Source of the DNA: Felis catus
Taxonomy: Eukaryota
NCBI RefSeq assembly: GCF_018350175.1
Contig: NC_058368.1
Coordinates: forward strand, 80,168,001-80,232,000
Direction of reading: 5' to 3'
Length of the DNA stretch: 64,000 nucleotides
Shown here: positions 24,387 to 37,809 of the stretch, piece after piece
Layout: each line of letters opens with the position of its first letter
Numbering within the stretch: the first letter of the stretch is position 1
Notes under the pieces: generated by a model
What the model was told of the DNA's origin: nothing
Database searches by the model: none
The model's input: only the letters and a program-made list of their open reading frames with translations
Translations under genes and position numbers: made by a program

Positions 24387-27226
24387 GTAAACGGGGTGTC
24401 TTCCAGCCTCCCCTTGTGTCCTTCTCATCCTTCTGGCCCCTTTGCTCATCCCCCTGCTGCCCCTGCACCCCTCCCCACCTCTGGATGTTGCCACGTTCCG
24501 CAACCTTGGCACATGACCGCAGACCTCGGTCACCTGGGTAGGGAGGCGGCCTTTTCCTCCTCACCGTGGAAAATGCATGTGGCGACTGACACCTAGTTGA
24601 GCCCCAGGCTAGAGGAGTGAATTCTTACTGCACAGAACCCAGCCCCCGCCACGGCACCAGCCTCAGTGGGCACCAAAGAGTGGCAGAGACTGGCCCGCCG
24701 CTTCCGGACTGGAGGAAGCTCGCTTCTGTGCCACTTCTCCCCTTTGGTGTCCCAGCCTTTGTGGGACGAGCCTCTGGGGGGGGATTGTTTGTTCTGGGTT
24801 TTGACGGAGGGGAACAGAAGTTCACAAGGCCAGCGGTGCATCTCGGCAGCCCCATGTGGCTACTGGCACAGACCCATCACCCAACCAAGCACCCGCGTGA
24901 CTGGTGCAAGGCTCTCAGTGGCAGAGCCCAGTGTGGGAAGCTGTCCATGCCCACCTGCAGCGTGTGTGGCTTTTCAAAAAAGATAGCGGGCGGGGGCGGG
25001 GCAGCCCCACCACTGGGTGACGCCCAGATGTCTGTGTCCATCAGCCCAGGACAGAGCAGTTCAGGTCAGGGCCCCGGGCAGGTCCTCCTCCGGGCAAGGG
25101 TGAGAGCCTCGATCACTCAACAACTCGCTCGGTGCTGAGAGCGTGGGGCACATGGCCAGAGCCCTGCCGTGGGGTCTGGCTCTCACGCTAACTGGCAGCA
25201 GGGCCTTGGGCATCTCTCTCCTCCCTTGTGGAACTTTGTCCTCTTAGCTGTACCAGAGGACTAATACAGGCGTTCTAGACTCCTCCCACTTTGCAAACGA
25301 TGCGCTGGGGGTGAGGTCCAGTGTCAACTATGAAGTGCGGTGCTGAGCCAGTGCGAGACAACAGTCAGAACTGGAAAGTATGTTGCCTCACGATGTGCGT
25401 CCCCAGATCCTAAGGGCATCTCCGGGACTCACGGTGATGCGGGATCCGGGGACAACAGGACGAAATGCAGAAGTGTCATATGCACGGAAAGCAGTGTTAG
25501 ATGTCCCTGTGTTGTCCTCTGAGGACCCAGCGTGTGTCTTCCTCACTCCGTTATCTGCATTATCCTCCCTGCTCTAGCTCCGGACGTCTGTCCATCCGCA
25601 GGCTTTCACACGGCCACTAACACCAGGGCCCTGGGGTCAGCAGCCTGCAGAGGGACCGTTTTCGGCAGAAACTGCATGGAAGCAGGGCCCAAAATACACA
25701 GGAATTGAGTCTGAGGGGAGGATTTTGATTGCATTTTAAGGACATGAAGCTGTAAGGAGCTCGTAGAGTCCACGTGTCTGGTGCAGACTAACCCTCGGTC
25801 CGGAAGGTGATTGTGAACTTGCACAAAAGGGTCTGTGGTGCTTCCCGCTCGTGGAAGGGACGTGCCCGTGACCCCGTAGCAGCAGGACAGCCCAGAGGCC
25901 GCGTGCTGGGTTGTGTGTCCTGTTGGGGCTCGGCTGCGGCCGCCCTCAGGCCCCATGGTGGTTTCCTTTCAGAAACGGACTCACCTCACGCACCTTCACT
26001 TCAGACAACCTGAAAGTGTGTCTTTTGCTTTGTTTTGTCCTGTCTTGTCTGTCGAACTTGGTGCTCGCGTGGGACGTCCTCTGTGCACAGCCCTGTCATC
26101 CCGTTCCTCACTCACTCGTGTCACAGACTCCCAGGCGTATCGGAGTTCTGAACGAGCACGTTGCTGTGTCTCTGGGTCTGAGCCCACCCCGTTCGTCATA
26201 GAGCAGCAGGATTAGACCTGTGGAGTCATGTGTTAGCGAGAACGTCATTTGACAGCGACTTCTGGTCCCAACTGAGCCTTCCCCATCTCCACGGCCCAGC
26301 GTAGGGGTCTGTTTAAAGTCATTTAACTGTGCTGAGCAGCTGGTGATCTGAGGGAGATGTTTCATCAGTGGAATGAATCTGTGCATTTGTTTGCAGTGAG
26401 TAGAGGTGAGCTTGTGTCCTCACCCCGTGTGACCTCCCGAGTCCAGCCTTGCCTCGACGGGAGTGTCAGGGAATGGGGCCCCAGAGGGGGCCTGCTGGGT
26501 GCCACACGTGGCCCCCTGCTCCCCTGCCCCAAGGGAAGGGTGCCCACAATTCTCTCATGACATCTTTCTGTCCCCACATAGAAAAATATTGAGAATTCCA
26601 GGAGGCTGGCTTTGGCCCCGTCTACGTGATGGCAAAGCTCCAGCCCAGCCTCATACTTTCAAGGGCATCTCTAACGGGATGGCAGCTGGAGAAGCTAGAA
26701 CCCCTAGTGAACCTACAGACCTCTCCGCCCATCCCCTCGCCGGCCCCTGCCCTGCACGCTGCCTCGCACCCGGCAGGGAGGAGGCTGCTGCTCTCACTAG
26801 TGTTTGCAGGGAATCTCGGTGATTCCCGGTGCCCGGCCACCTGCAGTAGGCAGGTGTACTGGATGTGGTTTCCGAGAACCTCTGATGGAAGGGAATCTCT
26901 GAGGCTTGGACCAGACAGACACAGAGATGCCCGGGGAAAAATCCCTCAAGTTTGCTTCCCATGGGAAAGGATTCAGGTCAACAACGTCCGGCAGCAAAGA
27001 ATTAGTTCATTTATTTGGTGTGAGGTTTCGTCTGGTTTTGAGTCTAACACATTCATTACAAGTAGTATAAGTCAACATCTCTCAAATCTGGATAAATTGG
27101 CTCTGGATGCAGCAAACTCGAGGGAAGACTTCAAGTGAATTCTGGTAGCGACTGACCAATACAGCTGCCGTGGTCTGTGGGGTTTGCAGTGGGATGTGGC
27201 CAGAGGTCGGAAGTGCCCAGTGTTGA

Positions 27227-27355
27227 GGGGCGCCTGGGGGGGCTCAGGTGGTTAAGCATCCGACTCTCGATTTCAGCTCAGGTCGTTTTCTCACAGTTCG
27301 TGGGATCAAGCCCTGAGGCAGGCTCTGTGCTAACAGCGAGGAGCCTGCTTTGGAT

Positions 27356-27391
<36 letters not shown>

Positions 27392-27452
27392 TCTGTCTCT
27401 GCCCCTCCTCCGCTTGCACTCTCACTCTCTCTTTCAAAATAAACTTAAGAAA
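27227..27452 (+). mobile_element. Can-SINE
   Basis: Head, long CT repeat, A tail. Confidence 0.92.
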
Positions 27453-27603
27453 AGTATGTGGCATTTTACATTCACATTCCCCGTCCTCATCATTTCCTAG
27501 ACCATGCTAAGTCAGGTGCTAGACCTGACCGTCTTCCACGCATTTCCGGCTGGGGTTGCACATGGGGCTCTGACCTGTGTCCTGCTTTCTTCGGTTTGCT
27601 TAG

Positions 27604-27711
27604 GTGCCAAGGGCCTCCCAGGGATACCAGGACCCTCAGGAGCTGACGGAGTACCAGGGCTCAAGGGTCTCCCAGGAGACCCAGGTCGTGAAGGATTCCC
27701 AGGACCCCCAG
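27604..27711 (+). CDS. COL4A2: COL4A2 exon ~28 (108 nt) [10 protein letters not shown]...GFPGPP
   Basis: gcttag| ... CCAG|gtaagg. Confidence 0.95.
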
Positions 27712-28270
27712 GTAAGGCAGGGGCGGACCCCCACACGACCCTTAGGTTCGGGAAATGACTGTGTGTGGCATGGGTGCCCCAGCTCTATTGTCTTTGGACA
27801 CTTAGAAGCTTTCAACGTGTGCTCAGTGACCACTTTGTTCTTGCGGTTGGGAAATTAAATGCTTGACGTTCCCATCACTAATGTCCTGCTGGAGTTTGCA
27901 TGAGACCACTGCAGCTCCCGGAGGAGAAAAGAGGTGGGTGTGCAGAGCGATGTCCTCTGGTTGGTGTGAAACATTCTGAGGGCAACACAACGCTCCCCTC
28001 TTCTGGGACTGTCAAAGGCATGGAGCCCTCGGTCATCCATTCCAATCTGCTGATCACGCACCAGACACCACACAAAGGACACCTGTGTCCACTTTTCACG
28101 GCACTGCCTGCTCACTCTTCAGTGGGCGCTTGTCTGAGCAAATGGTTCCATCTACATTTGACGCGGCAAAGAATTACAGAAACCGTGGGTGGCTAAGAGA
28201 GCATAAGACGGCAGGGAGTGAGCGTGTTGCCAGTAACTGATTGTGGGGAGACGTGTCGGCACTCCCACTG

Positions 28271-28447
28271 ACATGGTCCCGTGTCCCCAAGCACCCTCCG
28301 ACACAGTCCCGTGTCCCCAAGCACCCGCCGACACGGTCCCATGTCCCCAAGCACCCCCTGGCACAGTCCCATGTCCCCAACCAAGCACCCCCGCCACAGT
28401 CCCATGTCCCCAAGCACCCCCCGGCACGGTCCCGTGTGCCCAAGCAC
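28271..28447. repeat. 30-bp minisatellite, ~6 copies (consensus gcacagtcccrtgtccccaagcaccccccg)
   Basis: Directly visible tandem units; one has a 4-nt ccaa insertion. Confidence 0.95.
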
Positions 28448-28550
28448 AGGTGCCCCGTGCAGTTGTGGCTCCAGCAGTGTGAGTGGACATGGCTGTGTTA
28501 CTTGGTGTGCAGAGGCACACAGTTTTAGAATCATGTTATTTTTTTTAAAC

Positions 28551-28758
28551 ATTTTTTTTAACGTTTATTTATTTTTGAGACAGAGACAGAGCATGAACGG
28601 GGGAGGGGCAAAGAGAGAGGGAGACACAGAATTCGAAGCAGGCTCCAGGCTCTGAGCCATCAGCCCAGAGCCCGACGCGGGGCTCGAACTCACGGACCGC
28701 GAGATCGTGACCTGAGTTGAAGTCGGACACTTAACTGACTGAGCCACCCAGGCACTCC
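28551..28758 (-). mobile_element. Can-SINE inserted in the tail of the adjacent SINE
   Basis: TSD aaacatttttttta. Confidence 0.92.
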
Positions 28759-28764
28759 AAAAAC

Positions 28765-28977
28765 ATTTTTTTTAATGTTTATTTATTTTTGACAGAGAGA
28801 AACAGAGCATGAGCAGGGGAGGGGCAGAGAGAGAGGGAAAACAGAATCCCAAGCAGGCTCCAGGCTCCGAGCTGTCAGCACAGAGCCCGACGCGGGGCTC
28901 GAACTCAGAGACCACAAGATCATGACCTGAGCCAAAGTCAGACACTCAACCGACTGAGCCAGCCACCCAGGCGCCCC
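28765..28977 (-). mobile_element. Can-SINE
   Basis: Outer TSD tagaatc(a/g)tgttatt (28526-28540 / 28978-28992). Confidence 0.92.
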
Positions 28978-30945
28978 TAGAATCGTGTTATTGAAACAGG
29001 GACTGTGGAAGTCGCTTTGGCCCAAGGCCAGATGTCCCCTGCAGGGTCCTGGTCAGGAGCCCCTCCAGCCTCTGCTGGAATCACTCATCGGGAGGAGTGA
29101 AATCTGCCTCCAGCAAGTTCACCCCCCACACAGCTGGAGACAGAGGCCACACGTCCCCTTACACACCACACGAACGGGGCAGAACTGCCCCCAGGAGTGC
29201 AGACCGTCTCTTTATAACGTGACCTCCAGCATTCGGATTCGTCTGCATTCCCTACAAACCAGTCTCGGGAAACTAAACAGAACAGTCCAGACGTCTGGAC
29301 GATCGCACAGAGCCAGGCACCGTGGTGTCCTGAGGTTTAGACCCTCAGCAGATATGTTCGGCAAAGACTGTCTGAATTTTGCCCCTTCCCTGTGTCACAC
29401 TCTGGCAGTTGGTTTAACCCTAACTGGACCAGTCTGGGTCGGTCCTGGTACCTCTTCCCCCCCAGACTCACTGCTCCAGACATGGGACTGTGCCGGGGGG
29501 TGCTTGGGGACACGGGACCGCAGGGAACGTTCGCCCTGTTACCTTTCGTGACAAGTATCTCCGTGTCCTGCGACAAGAGGGGGGCGTGCTCCCTGTGCAG
29601 CGTGGGGCTGGTGAAAACCTGCACTGGAGACAAACACGGGAGAGTTTTCATGCCAGCACCAGAGGACCAGCCTGTTGCCCTGCTCTGGGGGCACCCAGAC
29701 ATTGAGGAGTTAGGGCACGGTCACTTCGGTCCTGTCACACATACCAAAGCAAAGTGTGAATTTCTTGAGAGGACAGTAGTTTGTTAACACCTGCTTGCCC
29801 TGCGTGGGAAGGGGACCCGGTCACCAGCTGGGTGCCAGCCAGGCGGGCGTGAGCTGTCCAGAGCGCACTCCGGTGGTAGAGACTGAGCGGGATGTGCCCG
29901 TCACCAGCACACGCGGGGGGCGGACGGTGTTGGTGGGAAGCCTGTTCTGTACTGAAACGTGAGCCCGTAAGTGAACGGGGAGATCGGGGTAGAATGGAGG
30001 AAAGGGGTAAGTGAGGAACTGGCATACTCTGATTTTGCACACGTGTCACTCTTTATGACACGGAATGTGCCACACGCAGAAGAAAACCAAATGCCCAACT
30101 TTGAAGGCTGCAGAACACAGAGTCTACTCCGGATGTCAGATCCACATACACACACGTGCCCACGATTTGAGCCCACGGTGCCCATGTACGGCTTTGAACG
30201 TCTCCATAAAAGCCGAGTCTCTACTTTCTGTGAATAAATCACATCACTGAAGTTCTGGCATTGGGTCCCGCTCATTAATACTCCCATAAAGTCCGGATCT
30301 GTTGTTCCGTGTTCCAGACACGGCCGTAGGGGTCAGCCCATCTTGCAGGCGGGCCGTGGCGAGCCTTGTCCTGGGAAAGGCCCTGGACCCCGCGTGTGGG
30401 GTCTCTTTTGTCGGGTCGACCCTTCCTTCCCAGCGTTCCACGGCCACGGCAGTAATGACCTCAGAAAGCTTTCCTCCTGAACAGACACGTGACCGTCCAC
30501 TCTGAGAGTTCAGTGTCAGGTCACATCAGGGATGAGGACACGGGAAGGGGAAGTCGTCCGGGACAGGCACTGGCATGTGACAGCCACCGTGCTTCTATCC
30601 AGACGTGGACAGTTGACCGTGAAAACAATAGGGCGACTGGCCCCCTCCAGAGCATTTCCAAACGGACTGATGGTCAGGGACTTGTGACCAGGGAGGTGGA
30701 GCTCGGGCTCGAGAGACCTGGTCATGTCATTCTCACCCCAGGTCTCTGTCCCCACTTGCACATATAACTTGGAAGGTCCATAGAAGCCATTCTTTGGGGA
30801 TTATTTGATCAACAAGGGAGCCCATCAAATAGGAAGATTCGTATCCAAGAAGCAGGTGGTTCTAAAGGCCTTCACGTTAGCCAAATGGTAGGGCTGGGGG
30901 CCAGATGGCAGAGGGGGCAGAACGCTGTGGTCCCAAGGTAAGTGA

Positions 30946-31365
<420 letters not shown>

Positions 31366-31707
31366 TGATCAGAAGCCACAGCACACGTGGTTTCTGCCCC
31401 ATGCTCAGTACCAATAGTTCCTTCGAAACGGGTTAGGACGGTCATCAGCGTCCTGTGACTTACCTTTTCACAGCCAAGAAAGATGGCCATTTGAGACTCA
31501 CAGGTGCAGATTAATGAGACACACCCTCTGCTCTCCAGCGGGGCGTGAATGGGGGGCGGGGGGGCTCGCTGGTGCTTTCAGGGAATGTGTTTGGGTGGTG
31601 AGAAGAGAGGAGGGCCAAGCTTGGGAAGAGGGCGAGGCAGGAGACAGAACTGAGCTGGGACACGCTTTAACTGGATGGTGTAAAAACGGACCGGTGTAAA
31701 ACGTTGC

Positions 31708-31928
31708 TTTTTAATTTTTTTAAATTGTTTAATGTTTATTTTTGAGAGACAGAGACAGAGCACAAGTGGGGGAAGGGCAGAGACAGAGGGAGACACAGAA
31801 TCCGAAGCAGGCTCCAGGCTCTGAGCTGTCGGCACGGAGCCCGACGTGGGGCTCGAACCAACAATCCGCGAGATCATGACCTGAGCCGAAGTTGGACGCT
31901 TAAGCGACGGAGCCCCCCAGGCGCCCCT
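31708..31928 (-). mobile_element. Can-SINE
   Basis: TSD tgtaaaac. Confidence 0.92.
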
Positions 31929-32549
31929 CATGTAAAACACTTAAGTGTTCCCAATATCCTCAGTGCACGTTTAGCAAAGTGGGAAGGCTGCTGGCTGAGG
32001 AGTGAAGTACCCAATCTATGCAGAGCTGGCATTGAGAACCGCAGACGCCCTCCGTCTATGAACGACCGTCACTAAAGACCAAGCATTTCTGTTCAGTGCA
32101 CCGCGCACGGGAGACACCAGGCCAGTGGTGCTCCTGTTCAGATACCCAGATGCAGGCAGACCCGTGACTTTGCGTATCCACCACATGTCTGCTCCCAAAC
32201 CCGGGCGGAAGGGGCTTCCTGTGGGTCAGGGAGCGGGCGTCCCGTCCTCCAGTGCCATCAGACCTCGCCCGGCATCCTTTACACGAACACTCGGGCGGGT
32301 GAAGCCGGTTGTCCACAGGCAGGCGAATTCAGCAAGCTCAGGAGAGCAATGGTGTTTGGGGGAGCCCGTCAGGCTCTAGGAGGCCTGGGGCTGGGGCGGG
32401 GAGGGGAGACGGGGCAGGTGGGTTTCCATGTTGATCACGCCTACCCTGTCGGCTGGCCAGGAGAACCCCCAGCGTGGGGGCCGGGCTTCCCCTAAAGACC
32501 CATGGGGAGGAGGCCCAAAGAATGGAAGGAGGAGCCTAAGAGGGCTAGA

Positions 32550-32735
32550 GTGCACACACCCGTGCTCACACACAATTCACACACCCATGTGCGTGCACAC
32601 ACATGCTCATGCACCCACATGCTCATATATACGTGCTCGTGTGCATGTATCCACACATGTGTATACACACATACCTGCTTGTGCATACATGATGACAGAG
32701 ACCCACACGTGTGTGCCCACACGCTCTCACACACA
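32550..32735. repeat. Degenerate CA/TG-rich low-complexity repeat
   Basis: Alternating purine-pyrimidine runs. Confidence 0.7.
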
Positions 32736-34921
32736 CGATCACCCTCTTACGCACAGCCAATCAGCTGCACAGGCCTCTGTAGAACCATCAAGCAGTGGGG
32801 ACCCGATGCCAGGACATCCGGGGCTGTCCCTGCCAACCTGGCCACCTGCCAGTAGGGATGGAACACACAGCGTAACTCGGCGAGTGTGGACACCGGGGAC
32901 CACGTGCGTCAGCCTCCCGGGTGGCTGTCTAAAGGCGTGGCAGGCACCGTGTCCCCAAGAGTCGGGGCTGCTGTCCACTGCAGAAACTGCCCACAGGCTC
33001 TTGACAGGGGGCACTTGTGATGGATTTTCTAAATGTAACTGTTTCCTGCGGACGTCAAGGCACCTCAGCAGGACAGCAACTGACGGCAGGTTTACTTTCA
33101 AGCGTGTGACGGTTTCCCACGGCCGAGGCCACCTCAGTGTCCAGCTTGCCCAGGCAGAAACACTGTCAGTACAAGCTCTGACCTCGGAAGCATCGGAGGC
33201 TTGAGAACCTGTTTCCGTGTCGTCCGTCCTGCCCGGGCCGTGGGGCCGTGGCAGGTGGGGTGCACGAGGCCCCGTGGAGCCCGGACGCAGCCTGGCGGAG
33301 CGGAACCCCTGCATGAAGTAGGCGTGCGGGTCCACGAGTTAGATGCTCTTTTGCTGAGGGAAGCGGATCCTTGGTAGTTGTTCCTCGTTTGGCCCGTGTT
33401 CTGGAAATGGCTGTTGGCTTAAAATCTTGAGTTCCAGGACCACGACAGAAAGCCAGAGGCACAGGCCACCACACCGGATTGTTTTAAGGCGGATGCTGAA
33501 GTAGCAGCGGCCGGTTCTCCCTCCTTCCCCTGCATCGTGTCCTGCCCACTCCCCACTCCTGTGAAGGAGGCGCTCCCGAAACCGTGCCCGGATGCCCTCG
33601 CCCCTGCAGCCTCGGCTCCCGTGACCTTCCTGGCTGGGCTGTCTCCGTTCACCAGCCCGGAGGGTCCTTGAGGGTGAAGGTACCTGCCCATCCTCATGGA
33701 GCACGGCATCACGGCAGGAGCCTGACTCCCCGGTTAGACTTGAGTGCCTGCGGCGCTGCCTGCTGTCCGACACCCTCGGCACCGTGAGCTGGTCCCTCCA
33801 GAGGCAGAAGCAGAGTGGGAACAGTGCCCTCGGATCCCGTTGTGAAGCTGGAAAACGGGAGGACGTGCATCCGTGCCTTCCCAGAGACTTACTTTCTGCA
33901 GCCTTCTGCCCCGAATCCGCCCCGCTGTTTGCACACCGTCCTCCCCCGTTCTGCCCACATAGCAGATAAAACTGGGACTCAGGCTGGCAAGTCGGATTCT
34001 GAGTTGGCCCAAGACCGGCTTGGCCCCTCTTGCCAATGCCCCTCCCCTCCGTCCCCCGACTGGTCCCTCCTCCTCTCGGGTCGGCCTACACACTCGGGAG
34101 GGTGGTCATGGGATACGTGAGCAGGTGCACTTAAAGGTCACCCGACAAGCACTGTGAGATGGCGGGCACGGCCCCTCCTCCTATTCACTGGATGGATGTG
34201 GCCAACCTCAAAGTCCAAGAAAGGTGAAAATGCCTGAATGGAAGGAAGCTGGGGGACTTAGGATCTAAAAACTAGAAGATATATGCTCACATGACTACTG
34301 GGTACGGCAGGATATTCTGAACGTAAAAGCAAGGGAAGAAACCGTGCCCGGGTGTGTGCACACACGTGCACCTACACATGCGTGCACACCGCATTAAATT
34401 TTCGCGCAAATGCTAATCTTCATGTCAAAAGCAATGAGAAGAATTTGGGCAGCAAAGTAAACTTTACGATAGCTACGAAGAAAGAGTAGCCAACGTGTAT
34501 GAGGAATGCTAAAATCCATAATAAAAATATCAAAATCCCCAAAGGAAAGTAGAAGCACAGAACAAAAATCGCATTAGAAGGCGAACACCAGGAGAAGGAA
34601 ACGTTACTCACACCAACGTGCAGGTAGATGGGTATCTTCCTTGCCAGGCTTCTGTTCCCTTCAGCACCAGCCCCACGCCGGGTGAGCCCCCCAGGACAGG
34701 CGGGGGCAGAAGCCAGAAAGCCGTGCCGTAGTGTGTGTGGAAGGCAGTTCTAGACCCACGGAGTCTGTTTCTAGGGTACCTTCCCGAAGAAATGCCCAGC
34801 TCTGTGCTCCAAAATCAGCTTCCTCACGGCACCGTTTGTAAGAGCAAAGACGCTCACAGCGTGTGTCCACACAACATGATGCTATTACTCAGGCAGCCGT
34901 TTAAAACGTGAAGAATGTTTT

Positions 34922-34995
34922 GGGGGGGGGGGTGGCGCCTGGGTGGCTCCATTGGTTGAGCGTCCGATTCTTAGTTTCGGCTCAGGTCATGATCA
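34922..34995 (+). mobile_element. Can-SINE 5' head fragment behind a G-run
   Basis: ggcgcctgggtggctc...gctcaggtcatgatc, then truncated. Confidence 0.8.
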
Positions 34996-35222
34996 AATGT
35001 GGCAAAATGCTCAAAAGGTAATGTCAGCTGGGGAGAAAAAAGCCAAAAATTGAACTCCCAGCGAGGGATGAAGTCTGTGAGCCTCGGTTCCCAGGTGTGT
35101 TTGTGTGAACCGAGGCCGGAAGGACATACACTGAGCTGTCAGTGGTGGCCTCTGGGGGACAGCCTGAGCTACTGTAATACCCTTGATACTTCTGTGTATT
35201 TTCCGGGCTTCTCACGGTCTAG

Positions 35223-35540
<318 letters not shown>

Positions 35541-35689
35541 TGAACTGGCCCCACCCTTCCCTGGGGGAGTTCTCAAACTGGGCCCCAAGGACCCTCCCCC
35601 CACCTCCGCCCCAGAGCTGTGAAGGATCTGGAAAATACCCACACTGAGCAGCTGGCCACTCCTTCCCGTGCTTGTCCCCCCCTGTGTGT

Positions 35690-35863
35690 AGGTCCTGGTC
35701 TCTTCTCATGAGGACACCAGTCACATGTGATTAGGGCCCATTTCACTTTAATTAAAGGTGCTACCTTCAGATACACGCACACTCCCCTAACTGGGGGTTA
35801 GAATTTCAACATATGAACTGGTGGGGGAGGGGAGGGGAGGGAGACACAGTTCAGCCCATAACA
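35690..35863 (-). mobile_element. MLT1-type (MaLR) LTR fragment
   Basis: gaggacaccagtca...attagggccca...tttcaacatatgaa...acagttcagcccataaca. Confidence 0.65.
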
Positions 35864-36277
35864 CGTTCCAGAAACAGGTCACGCATTGTGCCAAACGAGA
35901 GTTCACACAGGCCGAGAGACCTGCCCGTGCTCCGTACCTCGTGTATATTGGGGTTCTGGCTAAGATGTCACTTAGGAAAAACGTGAAATTTCCACTGCAG
36001 AATCACCGCTGTGCTCTGAAGGGGAGAAATTATTTGTTTTCTGAAACTGGGGAAGAACAGGAGCTTCCTTGGGGGGAAAGGGGGGCAGGAAGCAAGTGGA
36101 GGCCAGAGGCCATCCCCCCCCCAGGTCCTCCCACCAAGAGACAGCCCTGGAGGCTGGGGCCCAGATGGCCCTGGGGGCGGGGGGCGGGGTGCTGTCCCAG
36201 GTGAGGGGTCCGAGAGGCATTTAGCTCTTCCGAGTTCATTCATGTTTTTCTACTTTCTTTCCTCCTCTGCCTTTCAG

Positions 36278-36448
36278 GTCTGCCTGGGGACAGAGGGGAC
36301 CCAGGTGACATAGGCATCCCCGGCCCTGTGGGCATGAAGGGTCTTTCCGGTGACAGAGGTGACCCTGGTTTGTTGGGTGAGAGGGGTCCCCCAGGAGGCC
36401 CCGGATTTAAAGGAATGAGTGGAATTCCCGGTGTCCCCGGACCCAAAG
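36278..36448 (+). CDS. COL4A2: COL4A2 exon ~31 (171 nt) [10 protein letters not shown]...GVPGPK
   Basis: tttcag| ... AAAG|gtgagg. Confidence 0.95.
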
Positions 36449-36897
36449 GTGAGGATCGGCAGACGGGCGCTCCCCCAGGCGGGTACCGGGGTGACCGGGA
36501 CTCAGGATGGCTGCAGGAGAGGCCAGCCCCTCACCAGCCCCCAGGAGGTGTCATACCTGGGAAAGCCGGCCCGTGCTGCCAGGCTGGGTGTGACGGACAT
36601 GCCCCCAAATGCCCTGTCCTAATTTCCTGAGAGCGAGGGAGCAGACTTGGGGTCCGCGTGGGAGGTTTGTGTGGAGGCCCCCGGAGGCTGGTTGCATATC
36701 CCGAGGCCGGTTGGCTAATACAAAACCAAAACCAGGAAAACGCTTGGTCACCAGGGTGGGCTTATTTGTACACAAACCAGTTTTCCTAGAAGGGGAGCCC
36801 CTGGCCCTTGACTGTGAGGCCACACAGAGATGTTTGTCCTGCGGTCCTGCGGTCCTTCGCGGTTCCCGTGCTGGCTGCAGTGTTAGCGTCCTCTCCC

Positions 36898-36981
36898 TGA
36901 GGCCCACGGACCTCGGCTACCACCCGAGGCCCACCAAGGACCTCGGCTACCACCTGAGGCCCACCAAGGACCTCGGCTGCC
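36898..36981. repeat. 30-bp tandem repeat, ~2.8 copies (cctcggctaccaccygaggcccaccaagga)
   Basis: Directly visible. Confidence 0.92.
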
Positions 36982-37201
36982 TTGTGTCTTTCCTGTGACC
37001 ATGTACATCTGCCTGATGCCTTGTCCCTGGGGGGCAGTCAGCCGGCGGGTGACCTGAGGAATGGGGCCCCGGAAATCCCTAGTTTAGGTCAGTCACCCTA
37101 CTACCCGAGCCACTCCTCAGGAATGTCTCAGACAAGCAAGATGGAAACACCCCGTGTGTTTCTCCAGGCCTAACCCAGCACTTTTCTCGTTTCCTCTGAA
37201 G

Positions 37202-37345
37202 GCAGTAGAGGTTCACCCGGGATGGATGGTTTCCAAGGCATGGTTGGGCTCAAGGGAAGAGCTGGGCTTCCGGGAAACAAAGGAGAGGCTGGATTTTTTG
37301 GAATTCCAGGACTGAAGGGTCTGGCTGGTGAGCCAGGTGTGAAAG
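37202..37345 (+). CDS. COL4A2: COL4A2 exon ~32 (144 nt) [13 protein letters not shown]...GEPGVK
   Basis: ctctgaag| ... AAAG|gtatgt; AAG acceptor chosen because it keeps the frame. Confidence 0.9.
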
Positions 37346-37468
37346 GTATGTCCACCTCTCTTAACATTGTCCTGACAAGGTTGGGACCCACTTTTGTGGG
37401 GCGTAGTGCTGCTTGGGCCGAACCTTCCAGGAGCCCAAAGCTGGGCACAACTAGAAAAGAAGGAGACT

Positions 37469-37700
37469 GGGGTGCCTGGGTGGCTCAGCCGGTTGAGCAT
37501 CTGACTTCAGCTCAGGTCATGATCTCGCTGTCCGTGAGTTCGAGCCCTGTGTCAGGCTCTGTCCTGACAGCTCAGGGCCTGGAGCCTGCTTCCGATTCTG
37601 TGTCTCCTTCTCTTTCTGCCCCTCCCCTGCTCACACTGTCTCTCTCTGTCTCTCTCTTTCTCAAAACTAAATAAACATTTAAAAACAGAAAAGAAAAGAA
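37469..37700 (+). mobile_element. Can-SINE
   Basis: Head, CT region, A tail. Confidence 0.92.
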
Positions 37701-37809
37701 GGAAACTAACAAAAATCAGAAGGCTTTATCTCTGCCTCAACCCACCAGCAGTATAATAAAGGAAGAATCCCAACCAAAGGAAACTAGCTTGTTTGGTATT
37801 CAGCAAAAG

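Noticed and set aside
32428..33204. 258-aa His/Thr-rich ORF
   Set aside because: Arises from a CA-rich low-complexity repeat and GC-rich intron; no domain features
36898..36981. CRISPR-like palindromic 30-bp repeats (also the 28271-28447 array)
   Set aside because: No unique spacers, no cas genes, and a mammalian intron context; these are simple minisatellites
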